A stretch of DNA of 64,000 bases from Hypanus sabinus (GCF_030144855.1 NC_082739.1:13826001-13890000), one strand, 5' to 3'. Shown: positions 1 through 13,817, numbered from the stretch's first letter. The notes: a model not told the origin generated them from the letters alone. Translations and numbers: made by a program.

Positions 1-604
1 ATTCCAAATGTGATATGATATATTTTTTTATTTTATGGTCACCATTTTTAACTTTAACACTAAAACACCATTGATTTATGCTGAAGAGACCTACTGAAGA
101 TGAGTATTGAGCTTTTAAATTGAGGGATAAATATAGAAGTAACGAAGTTAGCTAGAGCACAGATTTAAGATAATTGAAAATGGCAGCTATGAATAAGGAT
201 TTTTGTACCCAACCAGTTATTATTCAAAATGCACTGCATAGCATGGTATTTTTTATTTGGATCTAACAATGCTCATGTTGTACTACTCTAAAAAACTCTC
301 TTGCCAGTTAATTTGGTTAAGTTAATTTGCTGCATCCTGTTTTTTTCAGTGGTCTATGATTGAAAATTATCCACAAATTATGTTTTAACAAATTCTGGTC
401 AATTATACCAACTGTAGATTATAGCTTTGAAACAATATTCATTTCAGGAGGCATCCTGCTCCTTTAAACACTCCTTTTGGAGTCCTGCAGGACACCTTGG
501 TCCTCTTTGTCCTAGGGGCAATTATTAAATGGAAATGCCTAAAACATATAGTCTTAAAATCATAGCATCATGTTGAGTGAGCAGCAAGATACATAGAATA
601 TTAA

Positions 605-968
605 AAACACGAGAAAATCTGCAGATGCTGGAAATCCAAAGCAACGCACACAAAACACTGGAGGGACTCTGCAGGCCAGGCAGCATCTATGGAAAAGAGT
701 GAACAGTCAAAGTTTCGGGCCAAGACCCTTCAGCAGGACCGAGAGGAAAGTGGGGGAAATGCCTGAATAAAAAGGTGGGGAGAGGGGAAAGAGGCTAGTT
801 GGAAGGTGATAGGTGGGTGAGAAAGGTCAAGGGGTAGAAAGGAAGGAATCTGATAGGAGAGAAGAATGGGCCATAGGAGAAAGGGGAGGAAGACAGACCT
901 GGCCACCGGGAAGTCCTGCTTGTGGCAGATGGTGCAGAGGTGCTTGACAAAGCGATCCCCCAATTTAC
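605..968 (-). mobile_element. Penelope-like element terminal fragment
   Basis: Shares the AAAATCTGCAGATGCTGGAAATCCAA...CAGCATCTATGG end with 21965; internally deleted. Confidence 0.75.
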
Positions 969-1189
969 CTGTATCCCAACGTCTCCCAACATACCTCCAC
1001 CCAATTCCAACCAATGACCCCAACCCCTTAACTGTACTCCCTATAGTTTGTCATCTCCAACAAACTTTGCTGCCTCTACTCCTCCACTGCACACATGCTC
1101 CCCAGCTCTGATCCCGATTTTACTCTCACTCCTTCAGTCTTAATCCTCTACCCTTCAGCTCTCCAGTCTCATCCTGAAGCTGTCCCTTA

Positions 1190-2100
1190 AAGAGCAATCT
1201 GAACCCTTCAGTGGATAAACTTCCAGAATGTCACCCAAGCCTTTGGGTAAGTACCATAAACTTATCACTGAATATACTTCTTGAAGTTAGCCCCGCACCC
1301 ATCTTTGGGTAAACACTGGAACTATCCTGAATAAATATGCAGAACACTAACTGTCGGAACCGATCCCTGGGCAAACATTCTGAACTCATTGCTGGGTGCA
1401 CATTTGGATCTCACTATTGTACAAGCACCCTGAATGTTCATTGTAACCCAAGCCCATTAATAGATAAACACATTGAATCCATCACCTGGCAGCTACCTAA
1501 ATCTATCAAACAACTTAAAACCATGTCAGCGTAACAGTGCTAATCCCATAACTGGATATGCAACTTGAATCCAACCCTGCATGAAACCTGAACCTTGGGG
1601 AAACAACTTGAACCAATGGTTAGACACCTTAAAACCATCCCTGGGTTTGATACCAGAGTACATCTCTTTCTGAACATCCTGATCCCACCAATAGAAGCTC
1701 CTCAAACCCACTAGTAAGCAAACATACTGAAATCATTCTTGGCTTAGTAACTGTACTCAGCCCTGGGTAATTCCTCTGTATCCATCCCTGAATAAGCACA
1801 TTAAACCATGAAAAACTCTGAGGCCATCCCTCAATAAATTCCCTGAGGCAATTAGTGAGTAGCTGGTCTAAACCTATCACTAGAGAGCCGTTCTGAACAC
1901 ATTCTTGGATAAAAACTCAAAACCACCATGGGTAAATACAGTATTCTTGACTAATTCCTTCATAAAACTTCTTCCAGCACCAGAGAACTACCTTGAAACC
2001 AGCACTTGAAAAAAGCATCAACCCGTCTCTGAATCTTCACCTTGAACCCAGCACAGAATATGCATTTTGAATCATCCCTAGTTATACAACCTGAACTCAG
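1190..2100. repeat. Highly degenerate minisatellite, ~23-25 bp unit, approximate consensus TGAACCCATCCCTGGGTAAACAC
   Basis: Recurrent variants include CCCATCTTTGGGTAAACAC, CCGATCCCTGGGCAAACAT, CCATCCCTGGGTTTG, CAGCCCTGGGTAA, CCATCCCTGAATAAGCAC and CACCATGGGTAAATAC. Confidence 0.65.
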
Positions 2101-2399
2101 AGGGCGGTGAGAGTGTGGAACTGGTAGATTTCATATCAAATAAATATTTCTCAGCTATGGAAAAGCTCATAAAAACTAAGGAATTAAGGGGAATGAATAG
2201 TAGTGATGTCTTGGAGTGTATCCACTTTATAAAAGAGGTGCTGCTCATCCATAAGGTATTGTGATTATCAACAGCATTGGAAACATACTTTACACAACAG
2301 AATATATATAACTTCATGGCCTGGCATTCTCTTGCTCTACTTTTACTGTCAAGTCAGATAAAAAAAAATCACAAACATAAACATAAAACTACGATCTGG

Positions 2400-3004
2400 T
2401 AGGCAGCCATTGATCCCAGGGGATGATGGGTTTGTGCCTCTGGTGGACTGTGTCCTCTCCAGGGCACAAGTCTGGGTGGGAAGATTTGAAGAACCGGCTG
2501 TTGCCCATGCAGTGGGTCTCCGCTCTCCACGTCACTGATGTAGTCCAAGGGAAGGGCAAATGCCGATACAGCTTGGCACCAGTGTCGTTGCAGAGGTTGC
2601 CAGAGTGAAGTTGTAAACAACATCAAACAGCCTTAGGGACCCTGGCTCCAGATTTCTTCCTTGGGGTTTACTCCTGAAGCCTTTCTCATGGGGGTGGGGG
2701 GGTCCGGCCGCAAGGCAGCGGAGGTTTAAAATCAGAGTTTCCCTTCTCCTAGGTGTGCTGCCGTCCAAGGGTGACGAGCCCCACCTGTCCAAAGCAACTG
2801 GTTTTGGGGGGCCAGTGGTCCGCCTTTACCCCTTCTCTTGTCAGTAGAAACAATTTTGATGGGCCTAGTAGCTAAGCCACATGGGAAGGCTAAGAGTTGG
2901 ACTTTGTTGTCAGAGGCTGTTAGAGTCACATGCTATTTGGAGCACTTCATAGGTAGTGGGAGCTTATCTCCACTACCACCCTGGCTATGACAATCTTAGA
3001 AACC
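2400..3004 (-). mobile_element. Young ~600-bp non-autonomous retroposon (probably RTE-derived)
   Basis: A near-identical second copy lies at 53014-53619 and a diverged relative at ~9370-10015. The family assignment is an inference from end motifs. Confidence 0.7.
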
Positions 3005-6000
3005 TGAAACTACTATAATTTACAAAATAAATAAGGAATAATGAAGTAGTGTTAATGAGTTCATAAACTGTTCAGAACTCTGATGTGAGAGGGAAGAAGC
3101 TGTTTGTGAATCATTGAGTATGTGTCTTCAGGCTCCTGAGCCTCCTCCCTGATGGTAGTAACAAGAAGAGGAAAGGGGTTGGTGTTTCATTTTTGAGATA
3201 GAGGAACAATTTTAGTTCAGTGAAGAGTGTGGTAGGACGGGATAAGACAGCAATAAGCATGCAATAAATGGTGAGGTGCTAGCCTGGTGGAGCTGCAACA
3301 CAGCATACTGAAGAGTGAAAACATGTGATAGGCAGAGCTAAATGATCTGGAACCATTGGATCAGATCAGAGCTCTGTAATGGTACCACACTAAGTTGTGA
3401 ATACTGATAGACAGTCAAACAGCTAATGGGCAGAGGATACTACAAGAATATCCTCATTCTTAAGAAAGCAGAGTTCACCATGTGAATGCTAAAGTGCTGA
3501 AATATTCACAACCATTTTCAGCAAGAAATGTCATAAAGGTCATAATTTCCTCCTGGCACCCCACCAACATAGAAGCAGGTCTTCAGTCACTTCAGTACAT
3601 TTCACATAATAACAAGATCAGTACATATTGCATAGACTATGGAACTGGGTAATATTCCATCCATACTACTAAACATTTGCAGTCCAGAAGTAGCTGTAGT
3701 TCTAACCAAACAGATTGCACACAGTTACAACACTGCTAATTACTCAATAATGTGAAAAATTAACCAGGTATCGATAGACACAAGAAACTCTGCAGATGCA
3801 CGAAATCTAGAGCAATACACACAATGTGCTGGAGGAGCTCAGCAGGTCAGGAAGCATCTATGGATGGGAATAAACAGTTGATATTTCAGGCCGAGACCCT
3901 TCATCAGGACTGGGGATGAGGAAATGGTCACTGGTTCAAATCCAACCGACTCCTTGCACGGTTTCCATCTGTGCTGGGTTGAGTGTCAAGCTAGCAACTC
4001 GACCTCGTAAAATAGACAAATGGCAAAGTTGCCACCTGATGTGCCAAACAAGGCGTGGGGGGAGAAATTTTACTTATCATGGGGTGATGGTTGTGGTTGT
4101 TGGAGGTCTATCATCTTCAAAGCACAAATCAGGAGTGTGAATGACCCCCACCTTACTCAGTGAGTTTGGTAAAGTTATCCCAGTATGTGCTGGTGGTTAT
4201 TTGAGATTGATACAGTATTTCATAATGGAGACTTACTCCTCATCTGCTCTTCAAACTCCTCATCCACCCACACACACCGCTATTTGTTCTAGCTTGATCA
4301 GACCGAGTGATCAGACCTGGGATTTTCCTGGTCACGCTGACTGAATTGCAAATACCAGGATCTCAGAATGGAAAGGAAGGAAGGAGAGTTTGAATCTCAG
4401 CTTTTTGGGGGACAATATTAGAGCAACCTAAAGCACACTGGAAATATTTATTTTAAGATTATCAAAATTACTTCCCATGGATCTCAAGCCCTGAATTCAC
4501 CACTCATAGTGACACCATCCCTCAAAGACCACAGATCAAAGTCGAGACCCTAGTTAGTAACATTTCAACTGATTTCAAGCATTCGTTCATCTGGGGACCA
4601 AGGTTCCCCCAGCTCAGGGAACTAAGTAAACCCAAAAAGCTTACAATCCTCAAACTTCACCAACTGAGACTTGGTGGGACTAAGAAACAGAAAGATCAGG
4701 ATGGAATACGGTAATCCTATGAAACCCAGTATTGTCCTTTCTGTCACTGTGGTTTTCAGATTGAGGGAAGTCAGTTGAGAACCTCATAATCTGGACCCCA
4801 GAAAGAACAGTGAGAAAATCCCCATCATTCTGAACAGAGGTCAGTACATCACTGAATCATCAGGTGATGGGTTGGCTTTAGGTTTCTGATGAACTTTGTC
4901 TTTAAAGTTTTTGCACAAAACAGTACATTTATCCTTGGACTTTATGCAGATGATAAATTAGCACTGGGATCATCAGTTTAAAGGTAAGGGCTGCTACCTG
5001 AGGTCATGAAAGTTTGCACTTTACTTGAACAATATTTGCTCTAGGTTACAATTTTACCGACCTCTGATTTCAGTACAAGATATACACCAGTTTAGGAAAG
5101 GGTTACATTATCTTTTTAAGAATTTGTTCTTTGTATAATTAACTGAATAAAATTCAGAGTTAATGCCATCCAAGCAATTCTTTGCCAGTAAGAGATCTTG
5201 GTGAGTGAGGCAAGGTAATTGTGGATGTAAGGACTGATGTATTGGAGTGATGTGTGAAGTCACCAAGTGACACCAAGATCAGGAACAGTCCTGAAGTTCT
5301 ACTATTTAAAAATATAAGAAACTCTTGACTTTAATAACTCTTATGTCACATTGAAATGACTTCAAATGATCACCTTTGTTGAAAGAAACCCATTCTTGTA
5401 AAATTAATTCTGCATTTGGCAAAGAAATGTGGTTTTACGAGATGATCCACAATATATGAGTTCACAGTCATCCAAGGATGAGGGTCTGTATGATTTTGCA
5501 CATCATCTACTCCCTGCCTAATACCTCAGCTGTTTGAGTTAGGCAGAGGTTGGAGTACTCTTGTGAAAACCTATTGGGTTCACTAATGTTCTTCTGAGGA
5601 GGGAATTTACTGTCCTTACCTGGCATTGCCCCATATGTGACTCAATGTAATGTGATTGACTCTCAAAAAGCTCAGTACGCAATTCCATTCAGAGACAATG
5701 AGGGAACAGCATTAAAAACCTAATATGGATTGTAACATGTTAGTGTGGCAAAAATCGTGGAGTTGGTTAAGACCCATGTCAGTGACATAGAGTAAGTCAC
5801 ATACTGTAACGATGACCTAAAATGATTGCATTGGCAATTGCAATGAATTTGAGAGTTGGGTATTTTCAAGGATATCCACATAATGCTTAACTAATTATAT
5901 CAGAAATATTCTGAAGGAATGGGTGACCAATCAAAGAGCTTCAAACAAGTCATGGCGGATGTAATTTGATCAGTTTATGATGTTTCCCAATAGATTAGTG

Positions 6001-6059
6001 TTTGATAGGAGTGTTTGGTAATGTTTCATGTCTCATAATTTTAATGTTTTTGGAAATTT

Positions 6060-6420
6060 AGCAGAATGTGAAAGAGCCAGGGATCAAGTACAAACAGGAA
6101 ATGCATTTGGAAAGTAAGGGAAAGGAATGAAGGAATGAACTGACAGCAGAGAATAAGCTGGGAGAAAAAGAAGAGGGAATGAGCTGGAATATTAAGAATA
6201 CAGAATGATTAGGAAGCAAGGAGTAAACTGGATGTTGAGAATGACTGAAAAACAAGGCAGGAAATGATGTGGAAGGAGGAATGAAGTGGAAATAAGGAAT
6301 GAATTGGAATTGGGAGCAAGCAATGAGCTGACAGAGCGGTAAAGATAGAATTGAGAAATGTATGCTGACAAAGGAATGAAAATGGGGAAATTTAAGGAGC
6401 AGGGAAGGTGAGATTTAGAC
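6060..6420. repeat. Purine-rich degenerate repeat (GGAATGA(G/A)CTG motif)
   Basis: The motif recurs roughly every 18-25 bp. Confidence 0.55.
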
Positions 6421-6446
6421 TTAAAAGTTAGTCAAGTTTTGTAACA

Positions 6447-7205
6447 CCTGCCCATTCACCTCCTCCTTCACATCCATTTAGGGCCCCTACAGTCCTTCTA
6501 GGTGAGGCACACTTCATCTGTAAATCTGTTGAGGTCATTTACTGTATCTGGTGCTCCTGATGCAGCCTCATTTACATTGGTGTAACCCACCATAAGTTGG
6601 GGGACCACTTTATTCAAGCATCTCCACTCCATCTGTAAAAAGAGGAAAATTTCCTGGTAGACAACCATTTTAATTCCTATCCCCATTCCTGTTCTGATAT
6701 ATCAGTCCATGGCCTCCTCTTCTGCTACAATGAGGTGACACTCAGGTTCCGTATAGATAGCCTCCAACCTGATGTCATAAACATCGATTTCTTCTTCCGG
6801 TAATTTTTTTTCTCCTCCCTGTTTTCTCTTCTTCTATTCACAACTCTGGCCTCTTACCTCTTCTCTACCTGCTTATCACCTCTCCCTGATGCTGCCCCTC
6901 CTTCCCTTTGTCGCATTTTCCAGTCTCTTCTCCTATCAGACTCCTTCTTCTTCACTCCTTTGCCTTTTCCACCTATCACTTTGCAGCTTCTTACTTCATT
7001 CCTCCTCCCCCACCCACCTGGCTTCACCTATCACCTTCTAGCTTGTACTACTTCGCCTCTCCCTCCTCCTTTTTATTCTGGTATATTCCCCCTTCCTTTC
7101 CAGTCCTGAAGATGGGTCTTGGCACGAATGGTTCACTGTTTATTCATTCCCATAGATGCTCTCTGATCTGTTGAGTTTCTCCAGTATCTTGTGTGTGTGT
7201 TGCTC
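6447..7205 (+). mobile_element. Penelope-like element 3' fragment
   Basis: Homologous to the reverse complement of 21965-22750 (AGGTGAGGCACACTTCA..., CCTCCAACCTGATG..., pyrimidine-rich tail). Confidence 0.78.
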
Positions 7206-8092
7206 AAATATTGTAAACTGTGTTAGTCAGAGTCAGAGAAACATTAGGTATTTTGGCTATAAATACACAACAGGAAAGTTACTTTGTAAATTAAAGAATT
7301 TATGTACCTAGGTGATCTAGTATGATTGTACAACTTAGATAAATACCCAAGTAGAAAGAAATTTGAGGCTAAGGGTCGCAGAGTTGGACGATGTCATTAT
7401 GAAAAGCCTTGGCTAGTTGCCAAATTGTAACAAGCTAGTAGAAATTGTAGCCACTGTTAATGAAATGAATGTTTAACTATAAAGAAAGGACACTTACTAC
7501 TGTATAGGGACACTAGGACCTGTCATCCATGGAACTGAACCTGAGCAGGAAACAGTAGCTTTAGGAGAAAACATCGGTGTTTTCACAAAAAACTGTGCTG
7601 TTAGTTGCAAAATAAACATTGGTTAAGACAACAGTGACAACCCTGCTCTTTGAGTGGTGCCACAGATTGTTACACCCATCTTCAAGGACAGATAGGGCCT
7701 CTGCCTAAAATTTCTTTCAAAAACAGGCTCACTAACTTAACTACCTTCCCTCAGTATCCTACAGGAAACATTGTACTTAAGTTTAGTACTGAATTAGTGG
7801 AAAGAACTGAAACAAAGAGGGGTGGAGGTGGGGGCTGTGCTGATCCTGAAGCCTGTGCCCTGAGTTCCTTTTATCCTGACCACAAGCATGCAAGGAGCCA
7901 GCCGACACTCTTTCCATCCATGCTGTGTCATGCTAGCCTCTTGGCCTTGCAATTGGACTCAGACCCCACCCTGTCGTGTTTTTGCTTAGGTGATGTACAA
8001 TGCCACTCTTCTTTCAAAGAATTCACACACATTGTCCACCATTTGGAAATGGAACAGAAGCAAGTCATCCTTGAACCAAAGAGACTGCCGAG

Positions 8093-8345
8093 TGTGGCAC
8101 AGCAGTTAGCTTAACACTACTACAGTGCCACCGATTCCAGGTTCAATTCCCGCCACTTTCTGTAAGGAATTTACACATTCTCCCTGTGCCCCTGTGGGTT
8201 TCCTCCAGGTGCTCTGGTTTCCTCCCACAATCCAAAAGCCCAATTAAAAATTAATAGATTAATTGGTCACATGGGTGTAGTTGGGCAGCATGGGCACGTT
8301 TGGCCGAAAAGATCGGTTAGCATTCTGTATCTCTAAATAAGTAAG
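8093..8345 (+). mobile_element. tRNA-derived V-SINE (HE1-like)
   Basis: B-box GGTTCAATTCCC, V-domain GTGGGTTTCCTCCAGGTGCTCTGGTTTCCTCCCACA.TCCAAA, and a TGTATCTCTAAATAA tail. Confidence 0.8.
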
Positions 8346-9369
8346 AAGGAAGAAGACTTTGAATAGAATAACTATAGACTGTAAAACCTCGGAATTAGAG
8401 GTGTAATGCAGCTGCTCCTCCTCCAGGAGGCAGGCAAGCTCTGCTTTTCACTGTTGGCTTCACTTCAGTTGGCAATGAGCATTCTATGAGCATTTCTCAG
8501 GAAGAACTCGGTGTGCTTGGGTTTTAAACCTCTTTAAAACTCTCATCCTGGTAGATGGTTTCACATGACAAGACACATGTGGAAGAGGTACTCGCCCAGC
8601 TAAACCTCTTCTACCCTCTGGTTACATGTAATCTGGCCTGTAGCAGATTCCAAATTACCTCCCCTCGCTCCACATCCTGCAGCACCCAATTAGGTGGACT
8701 TCCCTCAACGTCGAAAGCTGCAATTGACCCTCAGTGTCCTCACTTGGATGCAAGAATTTCAGATTTTCACTCTGTGGAAAAAGTGGTTTCTGACTGTTTT
8801 GAAAGGCCAAGGTCATTTTGTGCCCCTTTAGAATATGAGATTGATGAAGCACAGAATGAAGCCATACCTTGCCACCCTTTTAGAAAAACTGAACAACTGA
8901 TGTTTTTCCCATTGGCCAGGAACCTGCCATTCCTATGTTCCTCTATTTTCTTTTGGAATCTGATCCCACCAATCTTAGAACCTGAACATTCTATCAACTC
9001 AGGATAAAGAAACATTGCTCCCACGTGAACCTCCAGTTTGTGTGACAATTTGCTCCTCATGTTCTCTGATTACTAACTCTTCTGTAAGTGGAAATAGCCT
9101 CTTATTTAGACTGTCAAAAACATTCAGAAATTTCAATGCCTTATCAGACTTCTGCATCTACTTACCAATTACTTATCAAAGTTATCTGTGGTTACTTGAG
9201 CTGAGACAATCCCTGAGTTATACCGTAATATGCCCAAGTGCTGCGAAGACAGAGCTCAGAACCATGCTGGAAGAAAGAGGGCACAGGGCTAGACAACCAG
9301 CAATCTCAGGTTGGTGGAAGTATTGTGCCAATGTATTAGATTGTTGCTCTGTGAATCTCCTTCACTGCT

Positions 9370-10015
9370 GTAAGGCCCTCTGTTGGTCACGGTCGACCAT
9401 GGATGTTATGTTCGAGCTGTCTACATCAAAGTAAATACACAAGCCAGGGCAGTACGATATGGAGAACAAGCTGTTGCCCAGGCAGCAAGTTCCACCTCTC
9501 CACACTGGTGATGAATCCAAAGGAACAACAGAGACCAATACAGTTTGGCACCGGTGGCATTGCGGGAGTTGTCAGTCAGCATTGAATTCAACTTATGTAG
9601 TTGAATCTGGAGCCTGGGTACTCCTGCTCCAGATTTTTCCTTGTGGTTTATTCCCAAAGCCTTCCCCATGAGTGGGTATAGTCGCAAGGCAGCGGAGGTT
9701 TGAAATCAGAGTTTTCCTTCTCCTAGATGAGCTGCCAACCATGTGTGGTGAACTACATATACCTGTCTGGACACGTCCCCTGCTGACTGCTCCTGTGGCT
9801 CCTCCCACAGACCCCGGCACAAAGGCGATTGAGGCCTGAGCCCGGCCTCTCAGTCTCCAGGATGTAGTATGGTGGTCACTCACTGCTTGTTCCTTCTTCC
9901 AGTCAATAAAAGCCGATATCTCGCCTTTACGTCTCAGAGTGAGTTATTGACTGATGAGCTCCATCAGTGACTGGTTTTAAGGCACCAGTAACCCCGGCTA
10001 TGACAGCCTTAGAAA
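9370..10015 (-). mobile_element. Older relative of the 600-bp retroposon, carrying a nested LTR
   Basis: Shares CTCCAGATTT..CCTTG.GGTTTA..CC..AAGCCTT and AAGGCAGCGGAGGTTT.AAATCAGAGTTT with 2645-2750. Confidence 0.65.
9744..9950 (+). mobile_element. Second copy of the 212-bp LTR family, 3'-clipped, nested in an RTE-like repeat
   Basis: Reverse-complement match to 46226-46437 (TGTGGTGAACTA...CAATAAAAGCCGATATCTCGCCT...GAGTTATTGA). Confidence 0.8.
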
Positions 10016-10819
10016 CCAACACTTGTATTAGTATATTAATGTATCTTAACTTCTTTCATAATTGCCATCACAGCCTGCATCAAGTTCCTTGCCATAGTTA
10101 TGTTGTAGTTACATTATTCTCTCAAAAACCCAGAGAACTGGGTTTCATCCTGACTTTGAATGCTGTCTATGTGGCTTTTGCATGTTCTCCCTGTAACTGC
10201 ATGGACTACCCCCCCCCCCCCCCAGATGTTCCGGTTTCCTGCTAAATTCCAAAGATGTGCTGGTTGCAAATTGGCTACTGTAATTTGCTCCTTAGTACAG
10301 TCCAGGGGGAAAGGAATCAAAAGGGGGAAGTTACGTGTATGTGAGAGCGAATAGGTTGTAGAGAAATAGTATGAGAAAAGAATGGAATTGATGAGATTCT
10401 TCTGCTGGGAGCTAGTATAGACCAGAATGACTGAAAAGCCTCCATCTGTGTTGAATACAGTAAGTAAAATTTATGTTACTTCATTCCATGCACCATCCTG
10501 GTAAAGACGACATCTCGTCTACTGATGTGGAGACTTTTTATGTGCAGTCCTCCAGGAGTGGCCCTTTTAAGATTACACAAGATCACCATTACCTAAGACT
10601 TGCTTTGTGTGTCCAACAAAGTATTTTTGATGTGTGAAACAAACAGAAAATGCCAGAAGTACGGGGACGGTAGGGACAAAAATTAAGTTCACGTTCCATG
10701 TTGATGGTCTTTCATCAGAACTGGTCACAGATGCTGCTTGGCTTGATGAGTACTTTCACCATTTGCCTTGGCTTTTCATTAAGGATCTGACAAGGTTAGA
10801 ATTGACTTTATATCCTCAT

Positions 10820-11062
10820 GATATTGTAGTGATTACAGTACCTTACAGTAACTGCAACCCAGGTTCAATTCCACCACTGTCTGTAAAGAGTTTGTATGTT
10901 CTCCCCATGACTGCATGTGTTTCCTCCCTTTATCCAAAGATGTACCGGTTGGTAGGTTAATTGGTCATTGTAAGTTGTCCTATGATTAGGCTCGGATTAA
11001 ACTGAGGGATTGCTGGGTGGTGCCAGAAGGCCCTATTCTGTGTTGTATCTCAAACAAATAAA
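10820..11062 (+). mobile_element. V-SINE (a further degenerate copy lies at ~10120-10460)
   Basis: GGTTCAATTCC B-box, TCCAAAGATGTACCGGTTGGTAGGTTAATTGGTCATTG core, and tail. Confidence 0.72.
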
Positions 11063-13817
11063 GTTGTTTATATTTGCCATGTTCCTATCCTGGCACAGAA
11101 ATGTCATAGCTCACCCTTCAACTGCCAAACAGGATTAATAAGGGGCAAGGAAGAGTGGTGGGGGGTGGGAGAGGAAATATTTGCCAAGCTCCTTCTCTGG
11201 TGCTGAAGTAACATGGGTCACCCCTCAACTGCCAAACAAGATTAAGAAGGTTTCACTGATTGACACCCTGGGAGATGTGATGATGAATCAGTTAAGAAAT
11301 AGAAACTATTTTGACTGTGGTCCCTTAAAGTATCTTCATCTGTAGCACCACAGAACTAAATCATTCAGAACAGGAAGGTCCAATTAAAGCTGAATTTTGT
11401 TAAGGCAGTGATCAGAAGCCTAAAGTTGGGTTTGGGTCAACCATAATATTCCACCAGTGATCCTGTTGGAATTTAACCCTGTCTTGTAGGGACAGAAGTC
11501 ATTATGAACTAGGCTAGCATTTAAAGCACATCCATTTGGGTGTCCCTGGAACAGTCACTCTGCATTAACAACGATAGGCAGACTGAGTGAAGAAAGAAAA
11601 GTAGCTCTGTGTGAAATCTTCTGTATCTTTCTCATCCTTTAAACACATCTAAAGGTACTGTGAGTTTCTTTGGTTAACTCCTGTAAGATTGATTTGAAAA
11701 CTCTGCTGTAATTAACATGGACAATTTGTGATCAAAATGTTCTAATTATTGACCATATATCAATTATGCTATGGCAAGATTCATTTAACTCACTATGAGA
11801 GTGATAAAATGAACCATTCTGTTCCAGGATGCAAATTTTGATTCTGCCTTCAAATTTCCAGCTCAATAGGCATGCACAACACATGTTGTTTTTGGTTAAT
11901 TAACAGTCAAGGTCTTGTGAACACAACATTGGACTTTAAACAACAGATTACTCCCCCAAGTGTGTGAGTGTGCGTGTAATGTGGATATGTGTGTATGGGG
12001 GAGGGTGGGGGTTTGTGTCTGTCAGTCTGTCTGTGACTCTGTTTCTCTATCTGTGTGTGTGTGTATTTGAGTGTGTATGTATGTATTCATATTTGTAAGA
12101 GTTTATTTGTGTTTCTGTCTGAGAAGCTTTGACTCTTCTGTGTTTCTTTCTCTGGGCATTTTCTTTGTGAGAGTCACTGTCTGTGTAAGTGTGTTCCCAT
12201 TTCTTCCCTACTCAGAATTCCTTATTTTCAGGTTTAATATCACCAGTCTACACTGGCCTATGTCATGAAATTTACTGTCTTGTGGCAGCAGAACATTGCA
12301 ATACATAAAATATGCTATAAAATACTATATATATAATGAGTGTGTGTACGAATATATATAAAAGAAAGCCAAAAATCAGAATCAGGTTTATTATCATTGG
12401 CATGTGACGTGAAATTTGTTAACTGAGCAGCAGCAGTTCAATGCAATAAATAATCTAGCAGAGAAAAATAAATAAAATTTAAAAAATAATAAATAGATAA
12501 GTAAATCAATTACAGTATATGTATATTGAATAGATTAAAAATAATGCAAAAAACAGAAATACTGTCTATTATAGAAAAGTGAGGTGTCCAAGGGTTCAGT
12601 GTCCATTTAGGAATCGGATGACAGAGGGGAAGAAGTTATACCTGAATTGCTGAGTGTGTGCCTTCAGGCTTCTGTACCCCCTACCTGATGGTACCAGTGA
12701 GAAAAGGGTTGTACTGTTTATGTTCTATGATATAGGGTACATGACTTTGCTTAACCAGTGGTTCAGGAAGATGAGCAGACTGGTTAATAAGGGCATTACC
12801 TTCAGCAGGCCACCACATAAGGAATGCAGTGTGATTCATGCACAACAATTGCTATGTACTTCCAGGGCAGTGGATTCCTCATCTCATGTCATGGAATTTC
12901 TTGATTTCACCCAAGTAAGTAAAAGGACATAAGTTTAAATTTTCAATCCAGACTAGACCATCAATGAATCCTTCACACTACCATGGAAGAATCAAGTTAG
13001 GTTATGAGTCATGATCTTTTTTCTTTGGCATTCTCTCAGGTCAAGGATAAGTTGCTTTCCCTCTAATTCATTGAGTTCTGGAGTGTTTAACTAGGTTCTG
13101 CAGGCTCTGTGAGGAGGACTCTGATGGGCCAGGTGCTCTACAGAAGGCGATGTCTTCCTTTTGCTTTGCTCTCTGGATCTCCACATGCTCAAGTGGCTGA
13201 AGGTTCTCAGCACCACCCTAGAAGCGCAGTCTCCATTTTGAGTGGTGATTAGCAGAGATTCCCATGCTGAGGGTGTTACATTTTTGTCATGGAAACTCTG
13301 AGAAAACCTTTGAAACATTTCCTTTGTCTTCTGGTAACCTTTTGCTATAACAGAGCTTCTAATTCAAAGGCTGGGATTTCATGGACTATACTGCTAAGCT
13401 GGACCTGCTCAAAGGTCCATATAGTTGACAGTATAAACACTATAACTCAGTCAATCATTCTTTTCCCCATTTGTCTTTTCAGAATAAATCACAATTGATT
13501 CTACTGTCTATTTGGTTGATCTAATTAACCAATAGCTGTTTATCTGTACCAGCCTGAGTGTATCAGCTGCACTCCAATAGGCCACTTTGCATCATGATTT
13601 CTCACTCACTAATACAGTACTCTTGCATAATAACCTAAAGTGGAGGCTGTTTACTTTAAGTGCAGTGGGAAAAGGGGAATTTTGACAGTTCTTGCCCCAG
13701 AGGAAGAATTGGAGCCATAATGAGGAAAACACATTTGTAGTGAATTGCTGATATCTCAATATCAGCCTCAGTCCAATGTGTGGAGACTGGCTCTCTTTTG
13801 TAGTTGATATGTAGTGA

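Noticed and set aside
1190-2100. CRISPR-like repeat-spacer interpretation of the recurring motifs
   Set aside because: Eukaryotic context, degenerate units without unique spacers, and no cas genes.
8093-8160. tRNA-like A/B boxes (also at 10840, 50335, 50760)
   Set aside because: These are SINE heads followed by V-domains, not tRNA genes.
7650-9434. ORFs of 139-154 aa in unique-looking sequence
   Set aside because: No recognisable domain, no consistent splice structure, and composition typical of non-coding DNA.
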